From the IMG/VR virus record IMGVR_UViG_3300030330_003594, positions 1-59,691 of that record: DNA of 59,691 nt; one strand, written 5' to 3'. Below the pieces are notes generated by a model. The model was given only the letters and a program-made list of their open reading frames with translations. It ran no database searches and had not been told where the DNA came from. Position numbers and translations under genes: made by a program. Position 1 is the stretch's first letter; the number at the start of each line of letters is the position of its first letter. This stretch comes from a virus (lineage: Duplodnaviria; Caudoviricetes). Below are positions 57,721 to 59,691 of this stretch, piece after piece.

Positions 57721-58005
57721 TCATCTTAGTTGATCTATCTTTTCTTCAATACGCTTGATGTCTTCTTTAATCTCGGTGACATCATCTTGCGTAGTCATGA
57801 TTGTTTGACGAACCAGTTGGTCTTTCATATCAAACTCCATCCTTGTGATCACAGGGGCGGGCGCAACGGGCAGCTCTTTGGCCTCAGCAATATCTGCCTG
57901 TAAAGCGAACCACATAGCCACAATAGTCCCGATGCCTGCGGCTGCCATACCTATGGTTTTGAGGTCTAGCGTTACTTTAGTGTCTTCCCCTATCTGCTGT
58001 GCCAT
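57721..58005 (-). CDS. Single-pass membrane coiled-coil protein (allele B)
   Basis: Homolog of 1336-1620. Confidence 0.75.
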   Translation of the reverse strand: MAQQIGEDTKVTLDLKTIGMAAAGIGTIVAMWFALQADIAEAKELPVAPAPVITRMEFDMKDQLVRQTIMTTQDDVTEIKEDIKRIEEKIDQLR

Positions 58006-58006
58006 G

Positions 58007-59041
58007 TCAAATGATTACATAGTTGATGCCAACAGAGAAGTCATGCCATGACCTGTCCCAATACTTGTGATATTTACCCTCTGCAAAGACACCAAAACTC
58101 TTATTGAATCTTTTACCAAATATAAGGCCGCCAGAATAATCAAGCCACTGCCCACTGTTGACGAAACGGTGGTAAGAGTATTCCCCGTCGGTGTCAAGAT
58201 GATATGGAATGAAGTTGCCCCAAGTGTGTACCCAGAAGTCTTTTGTGAAGTGATAGTAGTCGAAACCCAACACGATTGAATGGACCCACTGATTCCTCAG
58301 GTCGCTCCTCTTTTTATCTACGTAGTCCTTCAAGACCTCGGGGATGACAACCTCCTCCCAAACGTCGTAGCTGTTTGCGACGACTTCCCCATCTGGATTG
58401 AAGAACTGTCCAGTGTTGACATCTATATTGTACCCTTCTTGTATAGCGAGTGAGGTGAAGTGCAACTGATTGTTGTCCAAGACCCACTCATCAAGTGGGT
58501 CGTATCCGTAGGGCTCAGACAATCTTTGCATAATACCTGCGTTGAGCGACAGCTTACCAAGCTTGGCACGAAACCTTTCAGATGCCTCGAAGTATCGGAC
58601 GTCAGCAAACCCGTCTTGCAAAAACTCTACTTTAGAAATCCACTTGTCGGCGACGTATCTCAGGAAGTAATCCTGATCGAGATAGTTGACGCCCTGTTGT
58701 CTTCTGTAGTCGCCTTCAAATAGAAACTCAAAGCCACTCACCTTGCCGATAGTAGCGGCATCACCGTATGACTTTTCTGTTCCGTTGTAAAAGGTGTTCG
58801 CCCTGTTCTCATATCCAAAGCGGGCAATCTTTCTGATGCCCGCTGTCAAAGAGTAATCGAAAGGTGTCTCTACAATGTCGGTTTGCAGGCCGTTGCCTAC
58901 AGAAAAGACCTCCCTGTCGGACAGAGAGTTTCCACCACTAAACGCTGTGTAGAAGGTCGAAAACTTCAGAGCTTTCTTCAGAGACTGGCCCGACGCAGTG
59001 ATCGAAAAGCCAATCAACAAAATGGTTGTGATGTACCTCAT
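58007..59041 (-). CDS. Probable outer-membrane beta-barrel-like protein (allele B)
   Basis: Homolog of 1622-2656; same length; ASG|Q signal peptide. Confidence 0.65.
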   Translation of the reverse strand: MRYITTILLIGFSITASGQSLKKALKFSTFYTAFSGGNSLSDREVFSVGNGLQTDIVETPFDYSLTAGIRKIARFGYENRANTFYNGTEKSYGDAATIGKVSGFEFLFEGDYRRQQGVNYLDQDYFLRYVADKWISKVEFLQDGFADVRYFEASERFRAKLGKLSLNAGIMQRLSEPYGYDPLDEWVLDNNQLHFTSLAIQEGYNIDVNTGQFFNPDGEVVANSYDVWEEVVIPEVLKDYVDKKRSDLRNQWVHSIVLGFDYYHFTKDFWVHTWGNFIPYHLDTDGEYSYHRFVNSGQWLDYSGGLIFGKRFNKSFGVFAEGKYHKYWDRSWHDFSVGINYVII

Positions 59042-59691
59042 TGTCTTACGATTCTTTCTTTTGTAATGCGACCTTGGTAGTTTGCCATGATCACATACAC
59101 CCCTGGAGATGGGAGGTTGATTCGAGTGTCTTGTGTCTCAACTACCCTCCTGCCTGATGCGTCGTAGATCGTAATCACTGTTCCTGTAGGCGCCTCCACA
59201 TTGATGATGTTTTGCGTAGGATTAGGGAAGAAGTACGTCATCTGTCCGACATCCGAGGTGATGGACGACACCTGCCCTGCACAGTATTCGTACTGGTTGA
59301 TGCACACCGCATCCCAGCCGACCTCGCAGCAGTAAGGGTCAACCTCGATCACCCACGAGTAGCAGTAGTCGTTGGCCCAGTATGGCTCACCTGGGCCAGT
59401 GATGCATCCAGCGTCGTACAGACACTCTTCGTTGTTGGGTACGTTAGCATACACGTTGTAATTGGCAGCGTCAGGGTCCATACACCCAGGCATAGGCAAC
59501 TCACAGCTTCCATTGTTGGTGTTGGCCATAGGGTCGTAGTTCAGCGCCTCGGGGATCGTGCAACCATAGATAAACGGGATGCAGCTATTGTTCTCTGTGT
59601 TAGCCAGCTCATTGTAGTTGAACATGGTAGGGTCAGTGCATCCAAACACAACCTCCTCGCACTCTGCTGGATCGGTAGCCGCCTCGTTGTA
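59038..59691 (-). CDS. 3' part of the T9SS cargo gene (allele B); continues across the overlap into 3316-4794
   Basis: Cys-rich repeats nearly identical to allele A; CTD FFPNPTQN...YDASGRRV...PGVYVI...ERIVRQ. Confidence 0.85.
   Translation of the reverse strand, partial: YNEAATDPAECEEVVFGCTDPTMFNYNELANTENNSCIPFIYGCTIPEALNYDPMANTNNGSCELPMPGCMDPDAANYNVYANVPNNEECLYDAGCITGPGEPYWANDYCYSWVIEVDPYCCEVGWDAVCINQYEYCAGQVSSITSDVGQMTYFFPNPTQNIINVEAPTGTVITIYDASGRRVVETQDTRINLPSPGVYVIMANYQGRITKERIVRQ

Larger units (their letters stand above)
3239..59691. mobile_element. Complete circular-mapping genome of a Bacteroidota-infecting tailed phage (56,376 bp plus 77-nt overlap)
   Basis: Terminase, portal, capsid, tail, lysis and replication genes are all present; 59615-59691 is identical to 3239-3315; no host housekeeping genes seen. 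Confidence 0.88.
57352..59691. repeat. Diverged copy B of the four-gene envelope cassette (homologous to 967-3315)
   Basis: Collinear homology; final 77 nt identical to 3239-3315. Confidence 0.97.

Noticed and set aside
967-59691. The two cassette copies as direct terminal repeats of the virion DNA
   Set aside because: Terminal repeats are regenerated each cycle and should be identical; these differ at many synonymous sites and match exactly for only 77 nt

Overview
The window is essentially a complete genome of a tailed dsDNA phage, probably lytic, with a podovirus-type virion module laid out like crAss/Cellulophaga phages. The host is very likely a marine Bacteroidota: the evidence is a type IX secretion C-terminal domain, TAnnTTTG promoters, signal peptides cleaved before Gln and a VirE-N/BT4734-type primase domain. 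The minus strand (967-47485) carries the late genes: packaging (small and large terminase, HNH, tandem GroES-like protein), portal, fibres, a five-gene paralog array, scaffold, major capsid, tail rings and muzzle, three ejected proteins (one of 3063 aa), an amidase and a four-gene envelope cassette. The plus strand (48176-56821) carries early and replication genes: ERF, exonuclease, SSB, tRNA-Arg, primase-helicase and nucleases. I recognised no DNA polymerase, RNA polymerase or integrase. The last 77 nt (59615-59691) are identical to 3239-3315, so 3239-59614 closes into a 56,376-bp circle, and 1-3238 is most likely a diverged allele from a related phage joined at a k=77 assembly node. The most interesting candidate system is a coupled cassette of a Cys-rich T9SS cargo protein, a predicted outer-membrane protein, a membrane-anchored coiled coil and an exported thioredoxin-fold protein lacking CxxC. 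In the circular genome it lies between endolysin and holin, and it is present here in two alleles. All family calls come from motif recognition by eye; no searches were run.
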